From an uncultured Alphaproteobacteria bacterium (GTDB lineage Bacteria; Pseudomonadota; Alphaproteobacteria; JAJFIK01), in assembly GCA_964522525.1 (NCBI GenBank), contig CAZFWG010000003.1, positions 22,067 to 86,066 of the forward strand: a stretch of DNA of 64,000 nt. Direction: 5' to 3'. The notes below the pieces were generated by a model. The model was not told the DNA's origin. It searched no databases and saw nothing but the letters and a program-made list of their open reading frames with translations. A program made the translations under genes and the position numbers. This document shows positions 39,101 to 47,929 of this stretch, one piece after another; positions within the stretch are counted from its first letter, which is position 1; every line of letters begins with the position of its first letter.

Positions 39101-39273
39101 GCTTCGACCCGATTGGCGCTGGCGCCGGGAAAATTCGTCACGATCGCCGCGAAACGATTGGTGATCTTCGGGTCTTCTTCCTGGGGCATGGTAAAAAGGG
39201 CCGAGAGCCCGCCGACCAGGACGACGAGGATCGTGAGGACCAGGAGCCGGGGATTGTCGAAAAACGCGGTCAT
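36160..39273 (-). CDS. RND efflux permease (AcrB/AcrD/AcrF family)
   Basis: 1037 aa; ALGLLVDAAIV, LSSTLTTVLAFAP and R..LSTTLTT..GFLP motifs. Confidence 0.95.
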   Translation of the reverse strand: MTAFFDNPRLLVLTILVVLVGGLSALFTMPQEEDPKITNRFAAIVTNFPGASANRVEALVTEKLENELREVSEIAEITSSSRTGISLVTVELEDTIYETDGPFAIIRDAVADAERDFPANVPTPEFDDDRTYAFTVKVALVWDSESAPNLLILKRVAEGLQDRLRNVPGTEFVDIIGAPEEEVVVSINAAVVESLGLSEDDVAQAIANADAKVAAGQFRGTRNEYVFEVRGELDSLSRLREVPIRQDESGAIVRVGDVGRLERRLVSPPDELALIDGKPAVVVATRMDDDLRVSDWTATVRTAIATFNERVSDGIKVQIIFDQSAYAEERFSGLIRNLLIGAGLVVVVLFITLGWRSALIVTAAIPLTGLSSLVVLNILGFPINQMSVTGLIVALGLLVDAAIVMTDAIRRRLLDGLSAHDAVSLSIQRLWLPLLSSTLTTVLAFAPISLLPGAVGEFVGPISASVIAMLILSFLLALTVGAALSGVFLPGGLQKVDKDKVPFWVGGISLPWMGRLFRSVLGLSLRAPRLSILAAIVIPAIGFAALPTLPDAFFPEADRNQFQIQLRLSSQRSIEETVRVVEEAQELLSARDDIESIQWYIGTSAAKFYYNLSSNQDGVGNFAEAMVTTKSLRGMYRLINDVQAQLDATFPDVQFVARQLLQGPPVDAPIELRFFGRDLKELQDLGEKARRLLSRIPQVTHTTASLAGGEPKLWLDADQDDARQAGLSLVDVARALDSQLEGTFGGTIVEGTEELRIRVRLDDETRSRFDELASLYVLAPGSGDDRLLDFQGAPISALGDIVLEPEPSTITRFQGERVNTVLGYIKAGTLPSTALTQFRALWEAEGVELPPGTRLSFGGDDEARSDAVGALVASLGLIIMLMVTTVVLTFNSFRLSAVVFSVAGLSMGLGVLALALGNFPFGFQPLIGIIGLIGVAINATIIILSALRLDQKAIDGDLQTIEDTVVEASRHILSTTLTTFGGFLPLILSVGGFWPPFATAIAGGVLLSTIISFFFVPQMFLLITRSRPLSIRRQAAA

Positions 39274-40406
39274 GTCCGCCCAGGCTCCCCGTTCACGATC
39301 CGGACCACCTGTTCAGGCACGAGACGGAAGGGACTGTCCGCGACGACAAGCTCTCCGTCCTCGAGAGTGCCGCGCACGAAGACCCGGTCCTCCTCGATAT
39401 GGACGACTTCCACATCCTTGCGCCGAATGACCCCCAGATCCGCGGCCGGGTCGGCCTCGAGATCCACGACGAACACGGCCCACAGGCCCCGCAGACTCTC
39501 ATTGAGGGCCGTGGCCGGCACCCAGATGCCGGTTTCGCGAATTTCCTCCGTCAGGGAGAGGCGCACGAGATCCCGGGCGACGAAACCCGGATCATCGCGG
39601 ATCTCCAGGATGACGGTCAAAGTCCGTGTCTGGACATTAACGTCGGAGATGATCCGCGTAACGATCCCCTCCGTCGACAGGCGTCCGACGGAGATCCTGT
39701 AGGATCCGCCCACCTCGATCTTGCGCCGGAAGGTCGGCGGAATACCGATGCGGGCCTCAAGCACGCCGGTTTCATTGAGCCGGAAGACGGGCGTGCCGGG
39801 TTGTACGACCGTGCCCTCGTCGACGAAGCGCCGCACGATCTGCCCCGTGAAAGGCGCGAGCAGGATGGTGTTTTCAAGATCGGTTTCGACGCTGCGCAAG
39901 GAAGCCTCGATCCGGCGCAGGCGGGCCACGGCCCCGTCCCGCTCCGCCTGGATGTCGTCAAGTTCCTGCCGGGTGGCAAACCCCTGGGGCACGAGTTCGC
40001 GCGTGCGCGCCAAAGTGGCTTCTGCCCGGCGCAGCTGGGCTTGCACTTCATTCTTCTCGCCGGTCAGTTCGGCGCGCCGGTTTTCCAATTGTTCACGGTC
40101 GAGTTCCGCAAGACGCTGATCCTTTTCGACCGCATCCCCATCATCGACATGGAGCGCGATGATCCGGCCGTCGAGTTCAAAGGAGAGGTCCGAAATCTGT
40201 TGAGGAACGATCCGCCCGGCGAAGCGGCGTTCGGCGGCAAAGGTGTCGAGTTCCTGGGCCTTGACCACGGCGACGAGACGGGGCTCAGGCGCGATGTCCC
40301 CCTGGGCTGTCCGTATGGCGACCAACGCGCCACCCAGCGTCACGCCGATGCCGATAATGACGACCCCGATGCCGAAGCGTCCCAGTCCGCTGAAAAAAGA
40401 ACCCAT
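39270..40406 (-). CDS. RND periplasmic adaptor (MFP) subunit
   Basis: N-terminal TM, lipoyl halves (VDDGDAVEKDQ; APFTGQIV...VDEG) and a coiled-coil. Start trimmed to MGSFFS. Confidence 0.92.
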   Translation of the reverse strand: MGSFFSGLGRFGIGVVIIGIGVTLGGALVAIRTAQGDIAPEPRLVAVVKAQELDTFAAERRFAGRIVPQQISDLSFELDGRIIALHVDDGDAVEKDQRLAELDREQLENRRAELTGEKNEVQAQLRRAEATLARTRELVPQGFATRQELDDIQAERDGAVARLRRIEASLRSVETDLENTILLAPFTGQIVRRFVDEGTVVQPGTPVFRLNETGVLEARIGIPPTFRRKIEVGGSYRISVGRLSTEGIVTRIISDVNVQTRTLTVILEIRDDPGFVARDLVRLSLTEEIRETGIWVPATALNESLRGLWAVFVVDLEADPAADLGVIRRKDVEVVHIEEDRVFVRGTLEDGELVVADSPFRLVPEQVVRIVNGEPGRT

Positions 40407-40433
40407 CCCGCGTCTCCAGCCAAAAACAACGTT

Positions 40434-40449
40434 AAGTGTATTTGCACTT
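40434..40449. promoter_or_regulatory. Palindromic operator-like site upstream of the RND operon
   Basis: AAGTG-TATTTG-CACTT in an AT-rich patch 28-43 bp upstream of ATG 40406. Confidence 0.4.
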
Positions 40450-40519
40450 TTTCCTGATCGCGGCAAGGCGCCCGGTTGGTTTGTATCACCAGCCGGGCAC
40501 ACTTTCGAGAGGTAAGGCG

Positions 40520-41734
40520 CTAAAGGCCTAAGACCAGCTTTGCCATGATGTTGCGCTGGACCTCGTTGGATCCGGCATAGATCGAGGTCTTGCGGTAGTT
40601 GAAATAGCTGGGGGCAACCGGCGCCGCGTAGTCGGGTCCCGGTCGGGGTTCATTGCTGCGCGCCCAGGTGTCGGCGACGAACGGCGCGGCGTAATTGGCG
40701 ACCGCTTCGAGGGCCAATTCACTGACGGCCTGCTGGAGTTCGGAGCCCCGGGTCTTGAGAAGGGAGCTCTCGGCACCGGGCGCCTCTCCGGCGCTGAGCG
40801 CCGCAAAAATCCGCAGTTCCGTATACTCCATGGCCGTGATGGCGATATCGAGCTCTTCAAGGCGCAGGCGGAAATCCGGATCCTCGGCAAGGCTTGCCCC
40901 AGCCCCGTCCGCCTCGCTGGCGGCGATGGTGCGCACCTTTTGAAGGGCGCGGCGCAGACCGGGCGCGTAGATATTCGCCCGCTCGAACTCCAACAGATAT
41001 TTGGCGCAGGTCCAGCCCTTGTTCTCTTCGCCGACCAGGTTTTCCTTCGGCACCCGGACGTTATCGAAAAAGACCTGATTGACCTCCTGCTGATCCGTCA
41101 CCGGACCATCAAGCGTCACGATCGGCTTCACGGTGATGCCCGGCGTGGTCATGTCGATCAGGACGAAGGAAATGCCTTCTTGGGGCTTGGCGGCCCGGGT
41201 ATTGGTCCGCACCAGACAGAAAATCCAGTCCGCCCATTGGGCATGGGTGGTCCAGATCTTGGTGCCATTGCACAGATAATGGTCGCCCTTGTCCTCCGCC
41301 CGCATCTGGAGAGAGGCAAGATCCGACCCCGACCCGGGCTCGGAATAGCCCTGACACCACCAGATATCGCTCGACAGGATCGGGGGCAGATGTCGGGCCT
41401 TTTGTTCGGGCGTCCCGAACTCCATGATCACCGGCGCCACCATTTTGAGCCCCATGGGACTTACGGTCGGCGTCCCCGCCGCCGCCATCTCCAATTCGAA
41501 AATATAGCGCTGGGTCGAGGTGAAACCCGTCCCGCCATATTCCGGCGGCCAACCCGGCGCCACCCAGCCCTTTCCATGGAGGGCCTTCTGCCATTTCACC
41601 TGGCCTTCCTTGTCGAGATAGCCATTCTTGCTCTGCGCCATTTTGGCGCGCAGATCTTCGTCGAATTTGTCGGCGATGAAAGCGCGTACCTCGGCCTGGA
41701 AGGCCCGATCCGCATCACTGAAGGCCAGATCCAT
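40520..41734 (-). CDS. Acyl-CoA dehydrogenase, PimC-like large subunit
   Basis: WCQGYSEPGSGSDLASL, KIWTTHAQWADWIFCLVRT and SIYAGSNEVQRNI. Confidence 0.93.
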   Translation of the reverse strand: MDLAFSDADRAFQAEVRAFIADKFDEDLRAKMAQSKNGYLDKEGQVKWQKALHGKGWVAPGWPPEYGGTGFTSTQRYIFELEMAAAGTPTVSPMGLKMVAPVIMEFGTPEQKARHLPPILSSDIWWCQGYSEPGSGSDLASLQMRAEDKGDHYLCNGTKIWTTHAQWADWIFCLVRTNTRAAKPQEGISFVLIDMTTPGITVKPIVTLDGPVTDQQEVNQVFFDNVRVPKENLVGEENKGWTCAKYLLEFERANIYAPGLRRALQKVRTIAASEADGAGASLAEDPDFRLRLEELDIAITAMEYTELRIFAALSAGEAPGAESSLLKTRGSELQQAVSELALEAVANYAAPFVADTWARSNEPRPGPDYAAPVAPSYFNYRKTSIYAGSNEVQRNIMAKLVLGL

Positions 41735-41767
41735 AAGTCCTCTCCCCGCTTTTTTGCTTGAGAACGA

Positions 41768-42061
41768 TCAGCTGACCTTGCCGAGGAAGTTCAGATCGGG
41801 CGCCCCGTCCAGCAAGGGACCCAGGCGCGGGGAAATTTCCTGGAAATGGGCCGAGGCCATATGGGCGTCGAGCGCGGCCTGGGACGCATATTGTTCCATC
41901 ACGACAAACACTTGACCATCCGCGCCGGAACGGAAAAGGTCATATTGCAGACAATCCGGCTCCGAGGCCCGCACCCGCGCCTGCAACTCGCCGAAAGTCT
42001 TCTGAAAATCATCCTCACTGCCGGCCTTCACCCGCAATGTCGCCACAACGCCCAGAACCAT
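41768..42061 (-). CDS. Antibiotic biosynthesis monooxygenase (ABM) domain protein
   Basis: 97 aa; EPDCLQY.L...F...E.Y...AL.AH....HF pattern. Confidence 0.88.
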   Translation of the reverse strand: MVLGVVATLRVKAGSEDDFQKTFGELQARVRASEPDCLQYDLFRSGADGQVFVVMEQYASQAALDAHMASAHFQEISPRLGPLLDGAPDLNFLGKVS

Positions 42062-42171
42062 CTTCGCCTCCCAGTGCTGTTGTTCCGTTATCGATCATCG
42101 CAACCTTATGCGAGGGTTGTCGATGGCCCAAAGCCCCGCAAGGCTCAACGGGCGGCATCTCTGCCCCGCCT

Positions 42172-42987
42172 CTATTCTCCGGTGAATGTTGGCGGGCGCT
42201 TCTCGAAAAACGCGTTAACCGCCTCCTCGTGGTCGTGTGTGTGATGGGCCAGCGCCTGCATGCTGGCGGACAATTCCATCACGGTCTCGAAGCGCGCCTG
42301 GGTCCCCTCCCTCAAGAGACGCTTGGTCATGCGCAGCACGTCCGGCGGTTGAGCGGCCATGCGCGTGGCCAGCGCGCGCGCCTCCTCCATCAGGGTCTCG
42401 GGCGCGACCACTTTGCTGATCAACCCCCAGGACAGTGCCGTCTCCGCGTCGACCACATCGCCTGTAAAGAGCAGTTCGGCGGCCCGCGCCATGCCGATCA
42501 CCCGGGGCAGCAGCCACGCCCCGCCGTCCCCCGGCACGAGGCCGATCTTGAGGAAGGTGGCGCCGAATTTGGCGCCGGAAGACGCGATACGGGTGTCGGC
42601 GAGGCAGGCGACATCATTGCCAAGGCCAATGGCCGGACCGTTGACGGCGGCGACCATGGGCAACTCAATGCCCCAAAGGCTGCGGACGACCTTGTGAATA
42701 TTGTTGCGGTAGCCTTCGCGAATGGTCGTCCCCGCACCGGCAAAAGCGCCGCTGCGCTCGCGCATGGCGTGGAGATTGCCGCCGGCGGAGAAGGCCGTGC
42801 CAGCGCCCGTCAGGATGACGGCGCGCAAGCTCCGGTCCGCGTTGATCGTCTCCGCGATGCCGGCGAAGGCGTCCCCGTCTCCCGGTTCGCCCAGAGCATT
42901 GCGCGTTTCGGGACGATTGATCGTGATCGTGGCCAAAGGGCCCTCAATATCCAACAAGAGCCAGTCGTTCACAGGCGCGCTCCTCAT
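42172..42987 (-). CDS. Enoyl-CoA hydratase/crotonase family protein
   Basis: TINRPETRNAL, AFSAGGN, AAVNGPAIGLG and GLVPGDGG. Confidence 0.93.
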   Translation of the reverse strand: MRSAPVNDWLLLDIEGPLATITINRPETRNALGEPGDGDAFAGIAETINADRSLRAVILTGAGTAFSAGGNLHAMRERSGAFAGAGTTIREGYRNNIHKVVRSLWGIELPMVAAVNGPAIGLGNDVACLADTRIASSGAKFGATFLKIGLVPGDGGAWLLPRVIGMARAAELLFTGDVVDAETALSWGLISKVVAPETLMEEARALATRMAAQPPDVLRMTKRLLREGTQARFETVMELSASMQALAHHTHDHEEAVNAFFEKRPPTFTGE

Positions 42988-43061
42988 TTCGGACAGCAGG
43001 TCATTTCAGAAAATCCTATCGATAAATGCCGCCCCGGCCAATTGACCCTGCGCCGTCAGCG

Positions 43062-43076
43062 TTAATTGCGATTTAG
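43062..43076. promoter_or_regulatory. CtrA-like binding site upstream of the MCP gene
   Basis: TTAA-TTGCGAT-TTAG, one mismatch to TTAA-N7-TTAA, 57 bp before ATG 43133. Confidence 0.5.
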
Positions 43077-43132
43077 CCTGCATCCGCTACCACTGGTCTT
43101 CGAGTGAAACGGAACATCTCATCGGGGGATCC

Positions 43133-45250
43133 ATGCGGGACGGCGTGTGGAGACGCATGGGGCCGCTATTTCAGCGGCTGCGGAGGGCTTTGTCGCCCCG
43201 CTCCTGGCGACCGCAGCGGACCTTGGGCCGCTTTAGGGGGCTCGCCAGGGTCCGGGATTGGCGCATCAGGACAAAGATCCTCGCGGCCTTTGCCCTGATG
43301 CTCACCCTGATGATCGGTGTCGGCATTGCGGGGCTCGGCGGACTGCGTGCCACGGGCCGGGCCTTCGCCGAGTTTCAAGCCTTGAACACGACATCCGCGC
43401 GATTGAGCGATCTGCGCGACCGCTTTCAGTCCATGCGCACCCAGGCCAACGAGTTCCTGCTCTATGGCCAGGCGGAAAGCGCCGAGGCCCTCAAAACGGC
43501 GACGGCAGATGCAAGGGCGGTCCTGGAGAAGGTAAAAGGCGCAGGCGGCGTCGCGGAAGCGGCAAGCCTCCTCGAGACGGTCGCCACCTCCATGGACGAC
43601 TACGCGCTCATGTTCGAGGACCTCGTGGCCATTCAGATGGACCGTAACCGGATCTTCGATGAGGACCTGCTCGCGGGGTCGGAGAAAATCCTCGACAATG
43701 TCCAGACACTGGTCGAATCGACGGACCAGAAGGCTTCGGCCTATCCCCCGATCCTGAAACTGAATGTCGCCGTGCACGCGGCCATCGGCTTTGTCGATCG
43801 CTATTTTGTCTCCAGCGACTATCGTTGGGTCCATGACGCCAAACGCGCGATCGACGACAGCAGGGCATCCCTCGACCTTCTTGAAAGTTTGCTTACGGAC
43901 GAAAAGCTTCTGACGCTGATCGATGAGGTGAGAGGCCAGATCGATGACTATGACCATGCCTTCTCCGAAGCCTGGAATCTGGTGTCTGCACGGGACAGTC
44001 TTTCCTCTGACGAACTGGCGCCGCTGAGCGCTGAAATCGACGGGCTTCTCGATCAGGCCCATGGGACGATCAAGGCACGCATGGATAGCCTTGACCGGAG
44101 TGCACGGGACGTCTCCGCCCTCGCCTTCGAAACGAGTGTGGGCCTCTCCATCGCGACATCCCTGTTTGGTCTGTTGGCGGCCTTTCTCGTCGGCCGCGCC
44201 ATCACCCGGCCCATCCGCGCCATCGGCGATGCCATGGACCGGATCGTGAAAGGGGAGCGGGAAACGGTCGTTCCGGGTCGCGAACGTGGGGATGAAGTGG
44301 GCGAAATGGCCCAGGCCGTCGAAGTGTTCCGGGTCAACGCCGTCGACATGGAACGTCTGCAAAAGGAACAACTCGACTCCGAGGCCGCCCGTGCCGCCGA
44401 GGATCGCCGCAATCGCGAGGCCCTTGCTGCCCGTTTCGAGGGGGATGTATCCGCGATCGTCGACGACGTGGCCAAGGCGGCCCAGACCGTGGAGGACGCC
44501 TTTAACAGCCTGGTTTCCATCTCCAAAGAAGCGACGGCCAAAAGCGGCGAAGCCGCCACGGCCGCCGATGCCACGGCGGGCAATGTGGTGGCCGTCGCGG
44601 GCGCCACGGAAGAATTGGACGCCTCGATCCGGCACATCAGCGCCCAGATGCGCGATGCCCGCAGCGTCGCCGATGATGCGGCGGGACAAGCGCAGAAGAC
44701 GAATGCCATCGTCACGGATCTCTCCGATGGCGCGAACCGCATCGGCGAAGTGGTCAAGATGATCACGGATATCGCATCCCAGACCAATCTCCTTGCCCTC
44801 AATGCGACCATCGAAGCGGCCCGGGCCGGAGATGCGGGCCGTGGATTTGCCGTCGTGGCGTCGGAGGTCAAATCCCTTGCCCAGGAAACCGCGCGCGCGA
44901 CCGATGAAATCAGCACACAAATTACAGGGATCCAGGCCGCGACCGGCGAGGCCGTGGCCGCGATTGGGGCCATTACGGAAACGGTTTCCAATCTCAGCCG
45001 CATCTCGGGGGTCGTATCCGACGCGGTCGACCACCAATCCGGCGCGGTGAGCGAGATATCCCAGAACGCCGTCGAGGCGTCCTCGGGCACCCAAGCCACG
45101 TCGGAGGGCATCCGCGCGGCAAGGTCCTCGGTCGAGAATGCCGAAGCAACGACGGCCGCATCGCTTCAGGCCTCAACGGCCCTGGTCAGACGGGCCGAGG
45201 AAATGCGGGCGAAGGTCGAGGCTTTCGTCACGTCCCTTCGCGCCGCATGA
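43133..45250 (+). CDS. Methyl-accepting chemotaxis protein (2 TM, large periplasmic sensor, HAMP)
   Basis: [37 protein letters not shown] signalling hairpin and HAMP segment [13 protein letters not shown]. The true start may be slightly downstream. Confidence 0.95.
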   Translation: MRDGVWRRMGPLFQRLRRALSPRSWRPQRTLGRFRGLARVRDWRIRTKILAAFALMLTLMIGVGIAGLGGLRATGRAFAEFQALNTTSARLSDLRDRFQSMRTQANEFLLYGQAESAEALKTATADARAVLEKVKGAGGVAEAASLLETVATSMDDYALMFEDLVAIQMDRNRIFDEDLLAGSEKILDNVQTLVESTDQKASAYPPILKLNVAVHAAIGFVDRYFVSSDYRWVHDAKRAIDDSRASLDLLESLLTDEKLLTLIDEVRGQIDDYDHAFSEAWNLVSARDSLSSDELAPLSAEIDGLLDQAHGTIKARMDSLDRSARDVSALAFETSVGLSIATSLFGLLAAFLVGRAITRPIRAIGDAMDRIVKGERETVVPGRERGDEVGEMAQAVEVFRVNAVDMERLQKEQLDSEAARAAEDRRNREALAARFEGDVSAIVDDVAKAAQTVEDAFNSLVSISKEATAKSGEAATAADATAGNVVAVAGATEELDASIRHISAQMRDARSVADDAAGQAQKTNAIVTDLSDGANRIGEVVKMITDIASQTNLLALNATIEAARAGDAGRGFAVVASEVKSLAQETARATDEISTQITGIQAATGEAVAAIGAITETVSNLSRISGVVSDAVDHQSGAVSEISQNAVEASSGTQATSEGIRAARSSVENAEATTAASLQASTALVRRAEEMRAKVEAFVTSLRAA

Positions 45251-45262
45251 GTGAAAGCGTAA

Positions 45263-46423
45263 TCAGGCGGCCACAGGGGCTGCCTGATTGTTGCCGGAAA
45301 GCTCCGTGTACCGGCGCATATGATGATCCACGCTGCCGAATTGAGTGTCGATCATGGTCAGCCGCTTGAAATAGTGGCCGACATTGAGTTCGGTGGTGAC
45401 CCCCATGCCGCCGTGGATTTGCACCGCCTGCTGACCGACGAACCGGCCCGCCTTGCCGATATGGACCTTGGCGGCGGAGGCCGCCCGTTTGCGTTCCATC
45501 TCCTCTGCACCCAGTTTCATGGTCACCATATACATCATGGACACGGACTGTTCGTAGTTCATGTACATGTCGACCATCCGGTGCTGGAGCACCTGGAACT
45601 TGCCGATCGGCACACCGAACTGTTTCCGGTTCTTGGAATAGTCAACCGTCGTGTCGGTCAGCATTTTCATGCAGCCCACGGCTTCCGCGGTGATCGCGGC
45701 GATGCCCTCATCGACCACCTGTTCGATGAGGGACAGGCCCCGGTCCACGGTGCCGACCACAGCCTCGGCCGGAACCTCCACATTCTCGAAGGTGACTTCG
45801 CTCGCCCGGAAACCATCCACGGTCGGATAATCCCGGGTAGAAACACCTTTGGCGTTCTTGTCGACGAGGAACAGGGTCACGCCGATGGCTTCACGCTGGC
45901 CGCCGGCAGTGCGGGCGGAGACCAGAAGCTTGTCGGCCATGGGCGCGCCGATTACCACGGCCTTGTGGCCGTTCAGCACGAAACCGTTGCCGTCCTTGCG
46001 CGCCGTCGTCTTGAGATCGGCCAGATTGTAACGCCCCTGGGGCTCGGCGAAGGCGAAAGCCATGACCAGATTGCCCGCAATGATTTCCGGGATCAGAGCT
46101 TCGCGCTGGGCATCGGTGCCGCCGAGGCGCAGGGCCCCGCCGCCCAGGACCACCGTGGGGACATAGGGTTCGACCACAAGACCCCGGCCGAACTCTTCCA
46201 TGATGATCATGGTTTCGACGGCCGACCCGCCGAGGCCCCCCATCTCTTCAGGAAAGGGCGCTGCCAGCAGACCGAGATCGGCGAATTGCTGCCAGAAATC
46301 CCGACGCCAGCCGGTATCGCTCGCGACGATGTTCTGGCGGGTGTCGAAATCATACCGGTCCTGAATGAAACGCTGGACGCTGTTGCGCAGGAGCGTCTGT
46401 TCTTCCGTGAACGAAAAATCCAT
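45263..46423 (-). CDS. pimD: Acyl-CoA dehydrogenase, PimD-like small subunit
   Basis: MDFSFTEEQTLL, EEFGRGLVVEP, RKQFGVPIGKFQVLQHR and QIHGGMG. Follows a pimC-like gene. Confidence 0.85.
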   Translation of the reverse strand: MDFSFTEEQTLLRNSVQRFIQDRYDFDTRQNIVASDTGWRRDFWQQFADLGLLAAPFPEEMGGLGGSAVETMIIMEEFGRGLVVEPYVPTVVLGGGALRLGGTDAQREALIPEIIAGNLVMAFAFAEPQGRYNLADLKTTARKDGNGFVLNGHKAVVIGAPMADKLLVSARTAGGQREAIGVTLFLVDKNAKGVSTRDYPTVDGFRASEVTFENVEVPAEAVVGTVDRGLSLIEQVVDEGIAAITAEAVGCMKMLTDTTVDYSKNRKQFGVPIGKFQVLQHRMVDMYMNYEQSVSMMYMVTMKLGAEEMERKRAASAAKVHIGKAGRFVGQQAVQIHGGMGVTTELNVGHYFKRLTMIDTQFGSVDHHMRRYTELSGNNQAAPVAA

Positions 46424-46453
46424 GTCTTCAGTCCTCCCTCGGTCGCTGCGGCC

Positions 46454-47644
46454 TCAAAGGCCCAGGACCATCTTGGCGATGATATTGCGCTGGATTTCGT
46501 TCGATCCGCCATAGATCGAGGTCTTGCGCATGTTGAAATAGATGGGCGCGACGCTGGTGGCGTAGTCCGGCCCCACGGGGAACAAGTTCGAGCCTTCCGC
46601 CGGGTCTTGATCAAAGGGCATGCCGTAATAGCCGACCGCCTCGACCACGAGTTCCGTGAGCCGCTGCTGAATCTCCGTGCCCCGGATCTTCAGGATGGAG
46701 CTTTCCGGCCCCGGTCCCTTGCCCGCCTGCTCCGAGGCGAGCGTGCGCAGCTCGGTGAATTCGAGGGCCGTGAGGTCGATCTCGAGTTCGGAGATCTTGC
46801 GGGCAAACTCCGCATCCGTGATCAGGGGCTGGCCGTCCATCTGCTCCGTACGCGCAATGTTGCGCAGACGCTCAAGACCCCGCTTCGACCGGGCCACGCC
46901 GGCAATGCCGGAACGTTCGTGGCTCAGCAGGAACTTGGCGTAGGTCCAGCCTTCATGTTCGGTCCCGACCAGGTTTTCGACCGGCACTTCCACATTGTCG
47001 AAATAGACCTCATTCACCTCATGGCCGCCATCAATGGTGATGATCGGGCGCACGGTGACACCGGGGGTCCGCATGTCGATCAGAAGGAAGGAGATGCCTT
47101 CCTGGGGTTTCGGCGCGTTCGGATTGGTCCGCACCAGGCAGAAAATCCAATCCGCATGCTGGGCGAGCGTCGTCCAGGTCTTCATCCCGTTGACGATGTA
47201 TTTCGTGCCGTCGGCGGATTTTTCCGCCTTGGTGCGCAGGGAGGCGAGGTCGGAACCGGAGCCCGGCTCCGAATAGCCCTGACACCACCAGTCATCGCCG
47301 GCAAGGATGCGGGGCAAAAAATGCGCCTTCTGGGCCGGATTGCCGAAGGTGTAGATCACCGGCCCGACCATGGTCACGCCGAAGGGCAGGATGGCCGGCG
47401 TCTCATATTTCGCCGTCTCTTCCTGCCAAATATAGCGCTGGGTCACGGTCCAGCCGGTGCCGCCATATTCGACCGGCCAGCCCGGGGCCACCCAGCCCCG
47501 TTCATGCACAATGCGCTGCCATTCGAGAATCTCGTCCCGGGAGAGATCCCGGCGGCCGCGCAGGCGCTCCGGGCATTTGGTCTCCAGGAACTGACGGACT
47601 TCCGCGCGGAAAGCCTCGTCTTCGGGCGTAAAATTCAGATCCAT
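46454..47644 (-). CDS. pimC: Acyl-CoA dehydrogenase, PimC-like large subunit
   Basis: WCQGYSEPGSGSDLASL, KTWTTLAQHADW and SIYGGSNEIQRNII. Confidence 0.87.
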   Translation of the reverse strand: MDLNFTPEDEAFRAEVRQFLETKCPERLRGRRDLSRDEILEWQRIVHERGWVAPGWPVEYGGTGWTVTQRYIWQEETAKYETPAILPFGVTMVGPVIYTFGNPAQKAHFLPRILAGDDWWCQGYSEPGSGSDLASLRTKAEKSADGTKYIVNGMKTWTTLAQHADWIFCLVRTNPNAPKPQEGISFLLIDMRTPGVTVRPIITIDGGHEVNEVYFDNVEVPVENLVGTEHEGWTYAKFLLSHERSGIAGVARSKRGLERLRNIARTEQMDGQPLITDAEFARKISELEIDLTALEFTELRTLASEQAGKGPGPESSILKIRGTEIQQRLTELVVEAVGYYGMPFDQDPAEGSNLFPVGPDYATSVAPIYFNMRKTSIYGGSNEIQRNIIAKMVLGL

Positions 47645-47929
47645 GAGTCAGCCCTTCATGTTCACGCGAGCGTCGCCGCTCTCACCTCCCTGATGCCGGC
47701 TCTCCGGCTCATCGAAATGATAACCCGCCGCGAGGACGGTGCAAATCGGACATATGGCAAGGCGCGCCCCCGCCGATCGCCGCATGGGTCCGGCGGGCGC
47801 AGGGTCAAAGACACATGGCTTGAACCAAGGGTCGTGCATAGGTTGCTCTTAAACCGGCCTGTCCTTATAACGGGTTACAGGGGGACCGGCGCGCAAAGCG
47901 CATAAATTCAATCGATTGGGGGCAGACTC

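Noticed and set aside
47648-47839. 63-aa ORF upstream of pimC, and the 120-aa ORF at 58450-58812
   Set aside because: Neither has a clear RBS, recognisable motif or host-like codon pattern, and both lie in probable promoter regions.
45320-47905. 861-aa plus-strand ORF, and similar long overlapping ORFs (2392-3912, 11281-12933, 12851-14356, 43166-45094)
   Set aside because: These are antisense shadows of pimC/pimD, gltX, DAHP synthase, gor and the MCP, with Arg/Gly/His-rich non-protein-like composition.
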